NCBI GenBank assembly: GCA_964490395.1
Contig: CAZBAS010000001.1
Coordinates: forward strand, 147,815-211,814
Direction of reading: 5' to 3'
From: an uncultured Candidatus Saccharibacteria bacterium
GTDB taxonomy: Bacteria > Patescibacteriota > Doudnabacteria > UBA920
DNA: 64,000 bases
The notes under the pieces were generated by a model, which saw only the letters and a list, made by a program, of their open reading frames with translations, made no database searches and was not told where the DNA came from. Shown one piece after another: positions 8,422 to 17,112 of the stretch. How positions within the stretch are numbered: position 1 is the stretch's first letter; every line of letters begins with the position of its first letter. The position numbers and the translations under genes were made by a program.

Positions 8422-10251
8422 ATGAAACAGAATACGGATATAGAAAAGCAGGAGAGGGGTCTGCGGCAGGCTCTAAGCTCCCGCATGCGGAAAAGCAAAG
8501 TCTTCATGGCCGCTGTGCTTATAAGCATGGTTGCTGGCTTGCTACCTATAATAGTAGATTCTCCAAAAGTGGCAGAGGCGGATATGATTTCAGTGCTTAA
8601 GGCCGCTTTCAATGGCTACAGTACAAGTCAGAACCCAGGAGTAGCGCCGCGTGCTACAAATACAAATACATCTGCTGATGCTACTGCAGCAGCCGCCGCT
8701 GCTGCGTACAAATTTGTTTGTCCAGACGGGCAAGTAGAAAGCGGTCGCGTTGAACGTGAAGGCGCCATTCGTTGTGTGCCGTGTCCAGTGGGAACTGTGC
8801 GCATGTATGTTGGTGGCGGTGAAGCGTGCCATCCGCCGGGATTTAAAGTTGACTACAGCAACATCCCCGCTGGCTACGAAGTTGGTATGAATGGTCAAAT
8901 TTGTCGCTCCGACGGCCAGTCATATGCAGGCTCTTTTAACCGCCGTTATAAAAGCACGCAGCCGAATTTTGGTGAATGCTGCAATGGTGGATTTCGCGAT
9001 ACCAAGCCAGTGGTGGCGGGTAGTAGTGTAGCCTTGTTTATTTGCGGGGGTAACAACCCTGCGCAAAAGCCCACCCCACCTCCTTCAGGTGGCACGGGTG
9101 GTACTGGCCAAGGCGGAAGTACAGGCGGTAGCGGAAGCGGTGGTTCTGCTGGCGGAAGCGCTGCCCCTCATACCTTTGTTTGTCCAGACGGGCAAGTAGA
9201 AAGCGGCCGCGTTGAACGTGAAGGCGCCATTCGTTGTGTGCCGTGTCCAACGGGTACTGTACGCATGTATGTTGGTGGTGGCGAGTCGTGCCACCCACCA
9301 GGGTACAAGGTAGATTACAGCAACTTACTACCTGGCTATGAAATAGGTGCTAACGGACAAGTGTGTAGGTCCGATGGCCAGTCGTATGCAGGCTCATTTA
9401 ACCGCCGCTATAGAAGCACACAGGCAAATATGGGAGAGTGCTGTAATGGTGGATATAGAGATAGCAAACCAATAGTGGCGGGTAGTAGTGTGGCCTTGTT
9501 TATTTGCGGTGTGCCTACTGCAGCCCAAGCAGCTGCGGCAGGGTCGGTAGTGCCGCCATCTGCAGGTACCCAGGCAACCCAAGTTTCAAGACTGAGTGGT
9601 TCGTTTGACGGTGCCTCGTGTACTCAATTCTCGGGGTGGGCAATAAATAGCGCAGACCCTTCCGGCACTGTTACTGTGAAATTTTATTCAGGCGGGTCGC
9701 TTCGTGCTGGTAACCTCATAGGTTCTGTAACTACTACAGTGCAGCGAGACGATGTGAACGCTGCCAAAGGAGTTACGGGCACTCACGGGTTTACCTTTAC
9801 TGTCCCAGCCGGCACATTTACCGCTGGACAGACTTATCGGGTAGACGCCTATGCTGTTGGGTCTACAGACCAATTACTATCTGCTAGTCCAAAGACCGTT
9901 ACCTGTACTGCAGGTACTGGCACTCCACCTCCACCCGTACCTGACGCAACATATAAAGGTGGGCCAGTAGACCCAAATGCTACCTTTGTTATTAGTACTC
10001 CTGTAGATGGGAGTGTACTCTCTGGCTCAAGTTTTGACGCCACGTACTACTCCACAGCAGACTTGCTCTCTGGCGACTATATTATTTTCCAGTTGGACAA
10101 TCAAACGCCCGTAGGCGTAGCTGCCCCGGGGAGTGTATACCGATTCTCCAATGTCGCACCAGGTACCCATACGCTTCGAGGATATATTTCTCATGCAGAT
10201 GGAACGAAAGTTCCTGGTACGAGCACAAGTCGCACATTTACTACGCAGTAA
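8422..10251 (+). CDS. membrane-anchored Cys-rich surface protein with an internal tandem domain duplication
   Basis: 609 aa. N-terminal TM anchor. Two copies of a roughly 112-aa, 8-Cys domain (FVCPDGQVESGRVEREGAIRCVPCP...ECCNGG...ALFICG) separated by a Gly/Ser/Thr linker. C-terminal Thr/Gly-rich beta-type region. Confidence 0.6.
   Translation: MKQNTDIEKQERGLRQALSSRMRKSKVFMAAVLISMVAGLLPIIVDSPKVAEADMISVLKAAFNGYSTSQNPGVAPRATNTNTSADATAAAAAAAYKFVCPDGQVESGRVEREGAIRCVPCPVGTVRMYVGGGEACHPPGFKVDYSNIPAGYEVGMNGQICRSDGQSYAGSFNRRYKSTQPNFGECCNGGFRDTKPVVAGSSVALFICGGNNPAQKPTPPPSGGTGGTGQGGSTGGSGSGGSAGGSAAPHTFVCPDGQVESGRVEREGAIRCVPCPTGTVRMYVGGGESCHPPGYKVDYSNLLPGYEIGANGQVCRSDGQSYAGSFNRRYRSTQANMGECCNGGYRDSKPIVAGSSVALFICGVPTAAQAAAAGSVVPPSAGTQATQVSRLSGSFDGASCTQFSGWAINSADPSGTVTVKFYSGGSLRAGNLIGSVTTTVQRDDVNAAKGVTGTHGFTFTVPAGTFTAGQTYRVDAYAVGSTDQLLSASPKTVTCTAGTGTPPPPVPDATYKGGPVDPNATFVISTPVDGSVLSGSSFDATYYSTADLLSGDYIIFQLDNQTPVGVAAPGSVYRFSNVAPGTHTLRGYISHADGTKVPGTSTSRTFTTQ
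8713..9509. repeat. in-frame tandem duplication (462-bp period) inside CDS 8422..10251
   Basis: Copies at 8713-9047 and 9175-9509. The first roughly 75 nt of each copy are nearly identical (tttgtttgtccagacgggcaagtagaaagcgg...). Confidence 0.8.
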
Positions 10252-10279
10252 CGCTCTGGGCGTTGCCTATCACACAATT

Positions 10280-10314
10280 AAGCCACTTCACGTATATACG
10301 TGAAGTGGCTTTTG
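10280..10314. terminator. bidirectional Rho-independent terminator
   Basis: AAGCCACTTCACG-TATATA-CGTGAAGTGGCTT, a 13-bp stem flanked by A/T, lying between convergent genes. Confidence 0.7.
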
Positions 10315-10346
10315 ATTGTATCCGTACCTAATGAATACATAAATAT

Positions 10347-11075
10347 TTATGTATCTATACCTTGCTCTTCAAATTCTTTTATAACCTGCTTAACGCCAAA
10401 TATCCAATTGGGGCTACCGGGCTGCACATAGAGACCAATAAACTTTTCTGGGGGTACGTCTTTATAACGTTTTTCGAGAAGCGCATCAAAATCTTTTACC
10501 CATTCAGCGTAGCTATTGTATTTGCGTAGGTTCGGAGGCGTACCGCCAATGCCACTGCAGTTGTAGTAGTAGCAATGTTGTCCATACGTGCTTTCTACAA
10601 ATGATATAGCCACCATCATGCGCATATTTTTAGATTCGACAAATGCATCCAGGGTTGCATCTTCCTGGGCAAAGGGTGAGTGCTTGCTTTCTAAATAGGC
10701 TTTGAGTTTTGCTTTGCGGATTGTTTTTTGGTCCACTGGAACTTCCGCAACCTCTCTATTTTCTTTTACAAACCTGGTGAATACAGGAGAAGTAATATCT
10801 ATAACTTGTTGTGAAAATACGCGAATCCCTTCCTCAGTCGTTGCTTCGGCCGCAGCATACAGCTCGCTGTTGGCAATGGGCTCGGAGAGTCGTAGGACAA
10901 ACATAACACCACTGGCAAAAGACAATACAACCAAACAGAGCATGGCGAGCACAGCTCGTTCCGCAAACCATGCTATGGTAGTCGAGTACCCATAGGGTAT
11001 ACCCGTAGCTTCAATGAGTCTGGTAACAAGCTTGGTTCCTTTTTTTATTTTTCGTTTTGTTTTTGGATGAAGCAC
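10347..11075 (-). CDS. membrane-anchored GH73-like (glucosaminidase/FlgJ-like) peptidoglycan hydrolase-like protein
   Basis: N-terminal TM. MVAISFVESTYGQ...YYNCSGIG...EWVKDFDALLEKRYK parallels GH73 LESGWG...NLFGIK...FxDYxxLL. Paralog of 38847..39668. GTG start at 11075 is tentative. Confidence 0.45.
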   Translation of the reverse strand: MLHPKTKRKIKKGTKLVTRLIEATGIPYGYSTTIAWFAERAVLAMLCLVVLSFASGVMFVLRLSEPIANSELYAAAEATTEEGIRVFSQQVIDITSPVFTRFVKENREVAEVPVDQKTIRKAKLKAYLESKHSPFAQEDATLDAFVESKNMRMMVAISFVESTYGQHCYYYNCSGIGGTPPNLRKYNSYAEWVKDFDALLEKRYKDVPPEKFIGLYVQPGSPNWIFGVKQVIKEFEEQGIDT

Positions 11076-11165
11076 GTGTATATGTGTTAGTGCTTATAGT
11101 ATATCAAATTACGCTTTCCATTTTGCACCTCAGCTAATATCCCTGTAGAATATGAGCGAGTATAT

Positions 11166-12560
11166 GTGTTAAGCAGAAACAAAACGCGTTTGTCTACTGA
11201 ATCAGAACAAGTTAAAAAATATAGCATCGCCTTACTCATCCTACTCATTGCTTTTGGGTGCGTGTTTGGTATGGTGTACCTACTCATGCAGCGCCGTATG
11301 CATGCTCCGAGCTTTTCTGCGAGTGAGCAAGTAAAACGCATATATACAGTAACGTATACCGACAGCGGGTACAGCCCGAGTTCGTTAGAAGTACCGCTTG
11401 GGGCAACAGTAGTATTCCAAAACGATTCTACCATGCCCATGTGGACGGCATCTGATCCCCACCCGACTCACACCGATTATGCAGAGTTCGACTCCCACGC
11501 AAATACTCTACCTGGTGAATCGTACTCTTTTATCTTTGCCAAGAGCGGTACATTTGGCTACCACAACCACGCACGATCAATTCATAGAGGTATCGTACGA
11601 GTGCTCAGCAAGTCGCAGCTACCAAGCATAGACAAGACCGTAGAGGGGAAGCGCGCAGTGCGGGATGGATATATGAGCCAGTTTGTACCGGGCGATCCAA
11701 GTTCTATTTACGCTGTTATGGACGCTATAGAGGCGAACAGTGCTTTAGCGCGGGATTGTCATGACATGGCGCACGATCTTGGTCATCGTGCCTATGAGCT
11801 GTATGGTTTTTCCGGTGCCATGACGTTTGGTGATCCAAATAGACTGAGCAATACATCCACGGACGACATTTGCGCAGGCGGTTACATGCACGGCATTCTG
11901 GAAGAGCTGTTCCTGCACCAGCCAGAGCTTAAGGATGCGCCTGGGAGTGTGTGCGCGGGTGTGCCCTACATAAACCGCGGCAGCTGTTTTCATGGGGTAG
12001 GTCATGGCCTTATGTTTGCAAACAAGCGTGATGTCCCAGCATCGCTTGCAACCTGTAAGGGTCTTGCACATAGGGAAGATGCGCACCGCTGCTACGAAGG
12101 GGTGTGGATGGAAATGTTCTGGGGAAATGTAGAGCATGCAGGTAGTAACTCACTTGGGTGGACTCTAGAAGACCCGCTTGCTCCTTGTAAGCATGCAGGC
12201 CTAGAAGAAAAACCCGCGTGCTTCCTCTATGCCCACCTCGGGTACCTGCGGACACACAAGGCAGACTACGCAGGAATGGTAGCGCTATGCACTACAAACA
12301 ACCTTGAGAAAAAAGACGAGCAATTTTGCCTGAAAGGTGTTGGTATAACCATGATGAAGCACTTTAGTAGTCATCGCCTAGAAAATACTGAGTCTCTGGT
12401 GGCTGGTCTAGACCATGACAGTAAATACGCGTACTATCAAGGAGTAATTGGCTACTCCAGACTCTCTGCGGTAAGCGAACCAGACCTCCATACTTTTTGT
12501 ACTTGGCTCAAAACCGACCGCGTCATATGCGAAGACGTCCTGCGAAATGGTACGGATTAA
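11166..12560 (+). CDS. membrane-anchored protein with a His-rich beta-sandwich (cupredoxin-like) domain and a 6x Cys/His repeat domain
   Basis: 464 aa. TM near the N-terminus. TVVFQNDSTMPMWTASDPHPTH...GTFGYHNHARSIHRGIV, then six roughly 40-aa-spaced motifs C-x2-G-x2-H/M-G (CAGGYMHG, CFHGVGHG, CYEGVWME, CFLYAHLG, CLKGVGIT and others). GTG start. Confidence 0.45.
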   Translation: MLSRNKTRLSTESEQVKKYSIALLILLIAFGCVFGMVYLLMQRRMHAPSFSASEQVKRIYTVTYTDSGYSPSSLEVPLGATVVFQNDSTMPMWTASDPHPTHTDYAEFDSHANTLPGESYSFIFAKSGTFGYHNHARSIHRGIVRVLSKSQLPSIDKTVEGKRAVRDGYMSQFVPGDPSSIYAVMDAIEANSALARDCHDMAHDLGHRAYELYGFSGAMTFGDPNRLSNTSTDDICAGGYMHGILEELFLHQPELKDAPGSVCAGVPYINRGSCFHGVGHGLMFANKRDVPASLATCKGLAHREDAHRCYEGVWMEMFWGNVEHAGSNSLGWTLEDPLAPCKHAGLEEKPACFLYAHLGYLRTHKADYAGMVALCTTNNLEKKDEQFCLKGVGITMMKHFSSHRLENTESLVAGLDHDSKYAYYQGVIGYSRLSAVSEPDLHTFCTWLKTDRVICEDVLRNGTD

Positions 12561-12574
12561 GCACGTAAAACAAT

Positions 12575-12600
12575 AAAAAAGGTGTCTGGCACCTTTTTTA
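12575..12600. terminator. terminator hairpin, family AAAAGGTG-N5-CACCTTTT, copy 1
   Basis: AAAAAAGGTGTCTGGCACCTTTTTT. Confidence 0.65.
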
Positions 12601-12620
12601 TTGTTTGGTATAATGGCCAT

Positions 12621-13262
12621 ATGATGGAAGCAAAAAACCTGCCTCGTATGGTCATTTTTGACTTTGATGGGGTTATAATAGACTCTCTTAAGGTGATAGA
12701 ACAGTTTGACCAATGGTTATATCCGGGTCTTACAGACGAGGAGTGGAAAGAGACTAATTACGGAAACTATTTTCAAAAAATGCACCCGCACGAACATAAG
12801 AGAAGGGTGGTTACTGACGACCAAATGCACCAAAAGCGGGAAGAATTTTATACCATCAAAAGCAAGTGCGCTATATTTCCCGGTCTGAAAGAGTGCATAA
12901 TGAATATTCCAGAAGACACAATTTGTGTGTTAAATTCCAATTCCAAACTTGGCGGCGTGTTGCCATTTTTGCAGATTCATGGTTTGGATAAGAAATTCTC
13001 TTTTTTGGCAACCAAAGAGGTTTCCCCTTCTAAGCAGGATAAACTATTGTTGTCTCTAGAAAAATACAATGTTAAAAAAGAAGATGCTGTATTTGTAACA
13101 GATACTGTTGGTGACTTGCTAGAGGGTGAGGCAGTTGGAATAAATGTCATAGCAGTTACGTGGGGTATTCATTCAAAACAAGACTTTCTCGAATATGGGC
13201 CGTACAAAATAGCGGAGAATGCGGAAGAATTACGTAAAGTTATAGCAGATTACCTTATCTAG
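12621..13262 (+). CDS. HAD-family hydrolase (phosphatase)
   Basis: Motif I MVIFDFDGVIID and a C-terminal VTDTVGD. Start re-assigned to the ATG at 12621. TATAAT at 12609-12614 lies only 6 nt upstream, suggesting a leaderless mRNA. Confidence 0.7.
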   Translation: MMEAKNLPRMVIFDFDGVIIDSLKVIEQFDQWLYPGLTDEEWKETNYGNYFQKMHPHEHKRRVVTDDQMHQKREEFYTIKSKCAIFPGLKECIMNIPEDTICVLNSNSKLGGVLPFLQIHGLDKKFSFLATKEVSPSKQDKLLLSLEKYNVKKEDAVFVTDTVGDLLEGEAVGINVIAVTWGIHSKQDFLEYGPYKIAENAEELRKVIADYLI

Positions 13263-13265
13263 TGA

Positions 13266-13290
13266 AAAAGGTGTCAGGCACCTTTTATTT
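13266..13290. terminator. terminator hairpin, family copy 2 (bidirectional, between convergent genes)
   Basis: GAAAAAGGTGTCAGGCACCTTTTATTTTTTT. Confidence 0.65.
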
Positions 13291-13305
13291 TTTTATACTT
13301 AGTAC

Positions 13306-14079
13306 CTATCGGGGTAATCCTTCAGGTAGAATGTGCCACATGGTAAGGAACCAGTGAGTCATTATTTTGGCTATATCCTCTGACTCAATAATAACAGCAT
13401 GAGGGTCTTTACTGTTTTCAAAGGAGAATATGGCAGTGATGTTTCCGCCACATGTAACATCGCCACTAAATGCGAGTGCACTGCCTGGTGCAAACTTATA
13501 GTGGGCGAGTGGCTCTGCAATACGGCCACTGGCTACAGCAGTTCTATCGTCCAGCGGATAAATAAGATGTGCTTTTGTGTTGTTTTGAACACGACGTTCT
13601 ATCCACCGTCTAAAATATCTGGGCATGACTGCGTATATTTGCGAGCCGTGGCTAATGGCGTAGCAGTTTTTAACTGACTTCTTCTCAAAATGTTCGATAA
13701 CCTCATCCCAAGCCTTCTGAAGTCCAGCCATACCTTTGTATACCCGAACATCTACGGCATGGTTTTTTATGGGAACAATATGTTCAAGTGCTGGTAGTAG
13801 TTCGCTCGTTATGCGCTGCCTCTCCTCTAGGTCCTTTTTCCAAACGCTGAAAGATGCAGGTACGTAGACCCGTTTTTTATTTTGTATGCTTGAGCGGACC
13901 AGGCCCCTCTCGACTAGGTTTTCGAGTGTGGCGTATGCAGTACCGCGAGGTACTCGCATTGCCTTACTTGCTTCATAGCCTGTACTTTGTACGTGGCCTA
14001 CTAGCCACACGTAGAGGCGGGCTTCAGCTTGAGTAAGGCCTAGCTGCATTAAACTATCGGTAAGTTCAGGTGTTTTCAT
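13306..14079 (-). CDS. TrmB-family transcriptional regulator
   Basis: N-terminal winged HTH (LGLTQAEARLYVWLVGHVQSTGYEASKAMRVPRGTAYATLENLVERGLV) plus a roughly 170-aa C-terminal domain. Start re-assigned to the ATG at 14079. Confidence 0.55.
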   Translation of the reverse strand: MKTPELTDSLMQLGLTQAEARLYVWLVGHVQSTGYEASKAMRVPRGTAYATLENLVERGLVRSSIQNKKRVYVPASFSVWKKDLEERQRITSELLPALEHIVPIKNHAVDVRVYKGMAGLQKAWDEVIEHFEKKSVKNCYAISHGSQIYAVMPRYFRRWIERRVQNNTKAHLIYPLDDRTAVASGRIAEPLAHYKFAPGSALAFSGDVTCGGNITAIFSFENSKDPHAVIIESEDIAKIMTHWFLTMWHILPEGLPR

Positions 14080-14236
14080 AACGATGACTAATATATGACA
14101 TAGTAGCAAATAGCGTCAGAAAAGTCGACGCCTAAATACTAAATATATGTCTTATAAATAAGACAAATGTATAAATATTATATATTTTATTCAATAAAAA
14201 AAGTACATATTCCAGTGATTTGTTTATTATTGTGGC

Positions 14237-15049
14237 ATGGCACGGAAGTACGCACATGCTAAGCACTTACCCCAAGGGGTATCACTCGAAAGCCACCAGG
14301 TAGCGTGGGATTTTGTTGCTGCCCAATATGCTGGCGGCACTGCTCTGCCTGCGTGGGGTACCAGGGGTGAGTTGCAATACGAACAAATCTTAGAAGATGT
14401 AAAAGGTAGGCGAGTATTGGAAATAGGGTTTGGTTCGGGAGATTCTATTATATATCTTATCCGCCAAGGAGCGGGCTCGGTTGTGGGGATAGACTTTAGC
14501 AAGGGTCAGCATGCCTTGGCCAGCAGCCGCATTGCACGTTCGTTTAAAAACTCACCAAAGCTTATGGCGAAGGTTGAGCTGCGGACACAGTCAATGGATT
14601 CAGAGTTGCCAGCCGGTCCGTTTGACGCTGTTATTGCTGTGTATAGTGTGGGGTGGTCAGAACAACCTGAACAGCTCTTTCGTAAGATATATACTGTTTT
14701 AAATCCGGGCGGTTATTTTTATTTTTCATGGGACCATTACCTAAGCCGAGTCGCGGAGTACGGTGAGGGAGGTGTTCGCATAACTAAAAGTTACCATGAA
14801 CCAATGCCACTCATACGAGAGGATTGGAAGGGAAGTGGTCAGATTATTGAAACGCACCAGCTCAGGCCCAGTGATTGGTTTGCTCTATTAATTAAAGCTG
14901 GTTTTGTGGTTGATGGCTTTTGGGAGCCAAAACCAAATCGTGATATTCCGTTGCAAGAAGTATATTCACAAGCATATGCAAATGAGATTGGCGTCTTGCT
15001 GCCCACATGTGTTGTGTTTAGAGCGCGGAAAGGGGGTCCCGCTTTATGA
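14237..15049 (+). CDS. class I SAM-dependent methyltransferase
   Basis: Motif I VLEIGFGSGDS. 270 aa. Confidence 0.7.
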   Translation: MARKYAHAKHLPQGVSLESHQVAWDFVAAQYAGGTALPAWGTRGELQYEQILEDVKGRRVLEIGFGSGDSIIYLIRQGAGSVVGIDFSKGQHALASSRIARSFKNSPKLMAKVELRTQSMDSELPAGPFDAVIAVYSVGWSEQPEQLFRKIYTVLNPGGYFYFSWDHYLSRVAEYGEGGVRITKSYHEPMPLIREDWKGSGQIIETHQLRPSDWFALLIKAGFVVDGFWEPKPNRDIPLQEVYSQAYANEIGVLLPTCVVFRARKGGPAL

Positions 15050-15651
15050 GTATCCCCACAAAGACCATAGCTCTTGTAGGTAAATCAATGGTGCCGGTTC
15101 AGGATCCTGCGTACAAGTTTATAAAAGAATTGGCATACAACTTAGTGGCTTCCGGTTATGCTATTCGTCATGGGGGGTATGGTGGAGGTATTATGGAAGC
15201 CGCAGCAGAAGGGGCGGCTTTGGCAATTCTAGAAAATAACTTACATGCCTCTTGCAACATTGGAGTGCCGGAATCGGGATTTGATATAGATTATGCTCGC
15301 GTTAAGAGTGGCGTGTTTCTAGAGCCTGCAAGAGATATATGTGATCGACTACGCAGTTTGGTACTAAGCTCCAACTATATGATTGTGGCTCCACGGGGTG
15401 GTGATGGTACTATGCTTGAGCTGCAATTGGCGCTACATGAGAATTTGGTTAGAGATGTAGGGAGTGCCCGCCCTATTATTCTTTGTGAGTTGCCCGGTGG
15501 AACGCGTTGGAGCGATATTCTTGCCACCCAACTAAATTTGCTTGATAACGATACGCATTCGTTACACAACCATTTGTGGGTGTATGTTGCGCATAGCGTG
15601 AAAGAAATAATAGATTTGTTGGCTTTTTATGAAGCCAGCGTGAGGCCATAA
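15046..15651 (+). CDS. LOG-family (TIGR00730/SLOG, nucleotide 5'-monophosphate nucleosidase-like) protein
   Basis: GGYGGGIMEAAAEGA and PRGGDGTMLEL correspond to the LOG GGGxGxMG / PGGxGTxxE motifs. ATGA overlap with the upstream methyltransferase. Confidence 0.55.
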   Translation: MSIPTKTIALVGKSMVPVQDPAYKFIKELAYNLVASGYAIRHGGYGGGIMEAAAEGAALAILENNLHASCNIGVPESGFDIDYARVKSGVFLEPARDICDRLRSLVLSSNYMIVAPRGGDGTMLELQLALHENLVRDVGSARPIILCELPGGTRWSDILATQLNLLDNDTHSLHNHLWVYVAHSVKEIIDLLAFYEASVRP

Positions 15652-15712
15652 CGCAATTTCTTGCGTTAGTTTCAATAATGTGAAATTCTATCGTAGAAGG
15701 TAGAAAATCCAT

Positions 15713-16306
15713 ATGAAAAAATATTATGCTTTTATAATTGTGGCCGGTGTATTGGTTATTGGTGCAGCGTATGCCTGGCACCGAAATGAACCTGCTGCAA
15801 ATACGCCTGCCGTGGCTCCAGTGGTAGTGGTTTCTGCTGAACAGCAAGTGCAAAATGCAAAAGCAGGAGTGTTTACACGTCCTACAGATGGAGAAATAAA
15901 AGCAAAACTTACGGCACTCCAGTACCATGTGACTCAAGAGCAGGGGACGGAAACACCGTTTCAGAATGAATATTGGCACAATGAACAGGTAGGGTTATAT
16001 GTAGATATAGTTTCCGGCGAACCACTCTTTTCCTCTAAAGATAAATACGATTCAGGTACGGGTTGGCCCTCGTTTACCAAACCGCTCAAACCGAATGCAG
16101 TACTAGCGCGGACCGATACGCTCCTTGGCACGCCGCGCACAGAAATTATGAGCGCTATAGCCAAGTCGCATCTGGGACATGTGTTCAATGATGGGCCACA
16201 GCCTACGGGCAAACGGTACTGCATGAATTCTGCTGCTCTGCGCTTTATTCCGGCTGCGCAACTTGAAGCACAGGGGTATGGTGCGTATGTAGAACTATTC
16301 CAGTAG
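15713..16306 (+). CDS. msrB: peptide-methionine (R)-S-oxide reductase MsrB with an N-terminal membrane anchor
   Basis: SelR motifs [17 protein letters not shown] and [10 protein letters not shown]-terminal TM ([19 protein letters not shown]). Confidence 0.8.
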   Translation: MKKYYAFIIVAGVLVIGAAYAWHRNEPAANTPAVAPVVVVSAEQQVQNAKAGVFTRPTDGEIKAKLTALQYHVTQEQGTETPFQNEYWHNEQVGLYVDIVSGEPLFSSKDKYDSGTGWPSFTKPLKPNAVLARTDTLLGTPRTEIMSAIAKSHLGHVFNDGPQPTGKRYCMNSAALRFIPAAQLEAQGYGAYVELFQ

Positions 16307-16317
16307 AAAGTACAACT

Positions 16318-16920
16318 ATGGATGTAAGCACTTCAGACAAAATACGACTAACCAGATTTTACGAAGAGGCCTTGCTTAAGTATGGCCCAGACAGCGCCCA
16401 GGCTTTGCAGTGGAAAAATCGAAAGAGCCAGCAGGTACGGTTTGCCGCGCTTTCTCAGGCGGCAAACCTTGCAGGAAAGAGTGTGCTCGATGTAGGGTGC
16501 GGGGTGGGGGATTTATACAAATATCTCCAAAACTCATTTGGGCGCGTGGACTACTGCGGACTAGATGTAGTGCCTGGTATGATTGCGGCTGCAAAACAGA
16601 AATACCCGGGTGCGCGCTTTGTGCATGCAAATGTGCTAGATTTTACCGAGCAGTACGACTATGTCTTAGCATCGGGCGCGCTGACCTACAATATGCAGGG
16701 CGGCAAGGAGCTGTATTTTGAGATTATAAAACACATGTACGCTCTGGCAAAAAAGGGCGTTGCATTTAATGTGCTGGACAACGATGTCTATGCAACTGAC
16801 CACGAGTACCTTACGTACACCTACGCAGAAATAGCTGCTCTTTGCGAAACGCTCAATTGCCAATTTGTGGTTTCTACTGAGTACGAAGTAGGGGATTTCA
16901 CAGTGTTTTTGTATAAGTAG
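16318..16920 (+). CDS. class I SAM-dependent methyltransferase
   Basis: Motif I VLDVGCGVGDL. 200 aa. Confidence 0.7.
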   Translation: MDVSTSDKIRLTRFYEEALLKYGPDSAQALQWKNRKSQQVRFAALSQAANLAGKSVLDVGCGVGDLYKYLQNSFGRVDYCGLDVVPGMIAAAKQKYPGARFVHANVLDFTEQYDYVLASGALTYNMQGGKELYFEIIKHMYALAKKGVAFNVLDNDVYATDHEYLTYTYAEIAALCETLNCQFVVSTEYEVGDFTVFLYK

Positions 16921-17019
16921 ACAACCCCAGTTTATGAGCAAACAAAATCACCCGTCCACCGAGCGTGGTGGAGGGTGAGGTTTGTGCAAGTGTTATAGCA
17001 GTAAAATGTAAGGAGCTTT

Positions 17020-17112
17020 TTACTTCTTAACTTCTGGTGCTTTTACATCCGCTGTTTTCGGGGTTTGGTTTGAATGCGTTTGTGGCCCGGTTGGTTTCGT
17101 TTCCTCGTTCAT
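17020..17112 (-). CDS. candidate small protein (30 aa, MNEETKPTGPQTHSNQTPKTADVKAPEVKK)
   Basis: Not in the ORF track because it is under 60 aa. AAGGA lies 8 nt upstream of the ATG. A nested GC hairpin plus T-tract (16958-16990) lies immediately downstream on the same strand. Confidence 0.25.
   Translation of the reverse strand: MNEETKPTGPQTHSNQTPKTADVKAPEVKK

Noticed and set aside
9038-10043. Minus-strand ORFs (9038..9298, 9085..9294, 9849..10043 and others) within the Cys-rich surface-protein gene
   Set aside because: They are antisense to a long, internally repeated, clearly coding plus-strand ORF. Their compositions are Arg/Thr-rich junk.
16410-16721. ORF 16410..16721 (+) and 16376..16630 (-) overlapping the methyltransferase at 16318..16920
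   Set aside because: These are out-of-frame overlaps of a gene with a clear SAM-binding motif. Their Cys/Arg-rich composition is typical of GC-skewed shadow frames.
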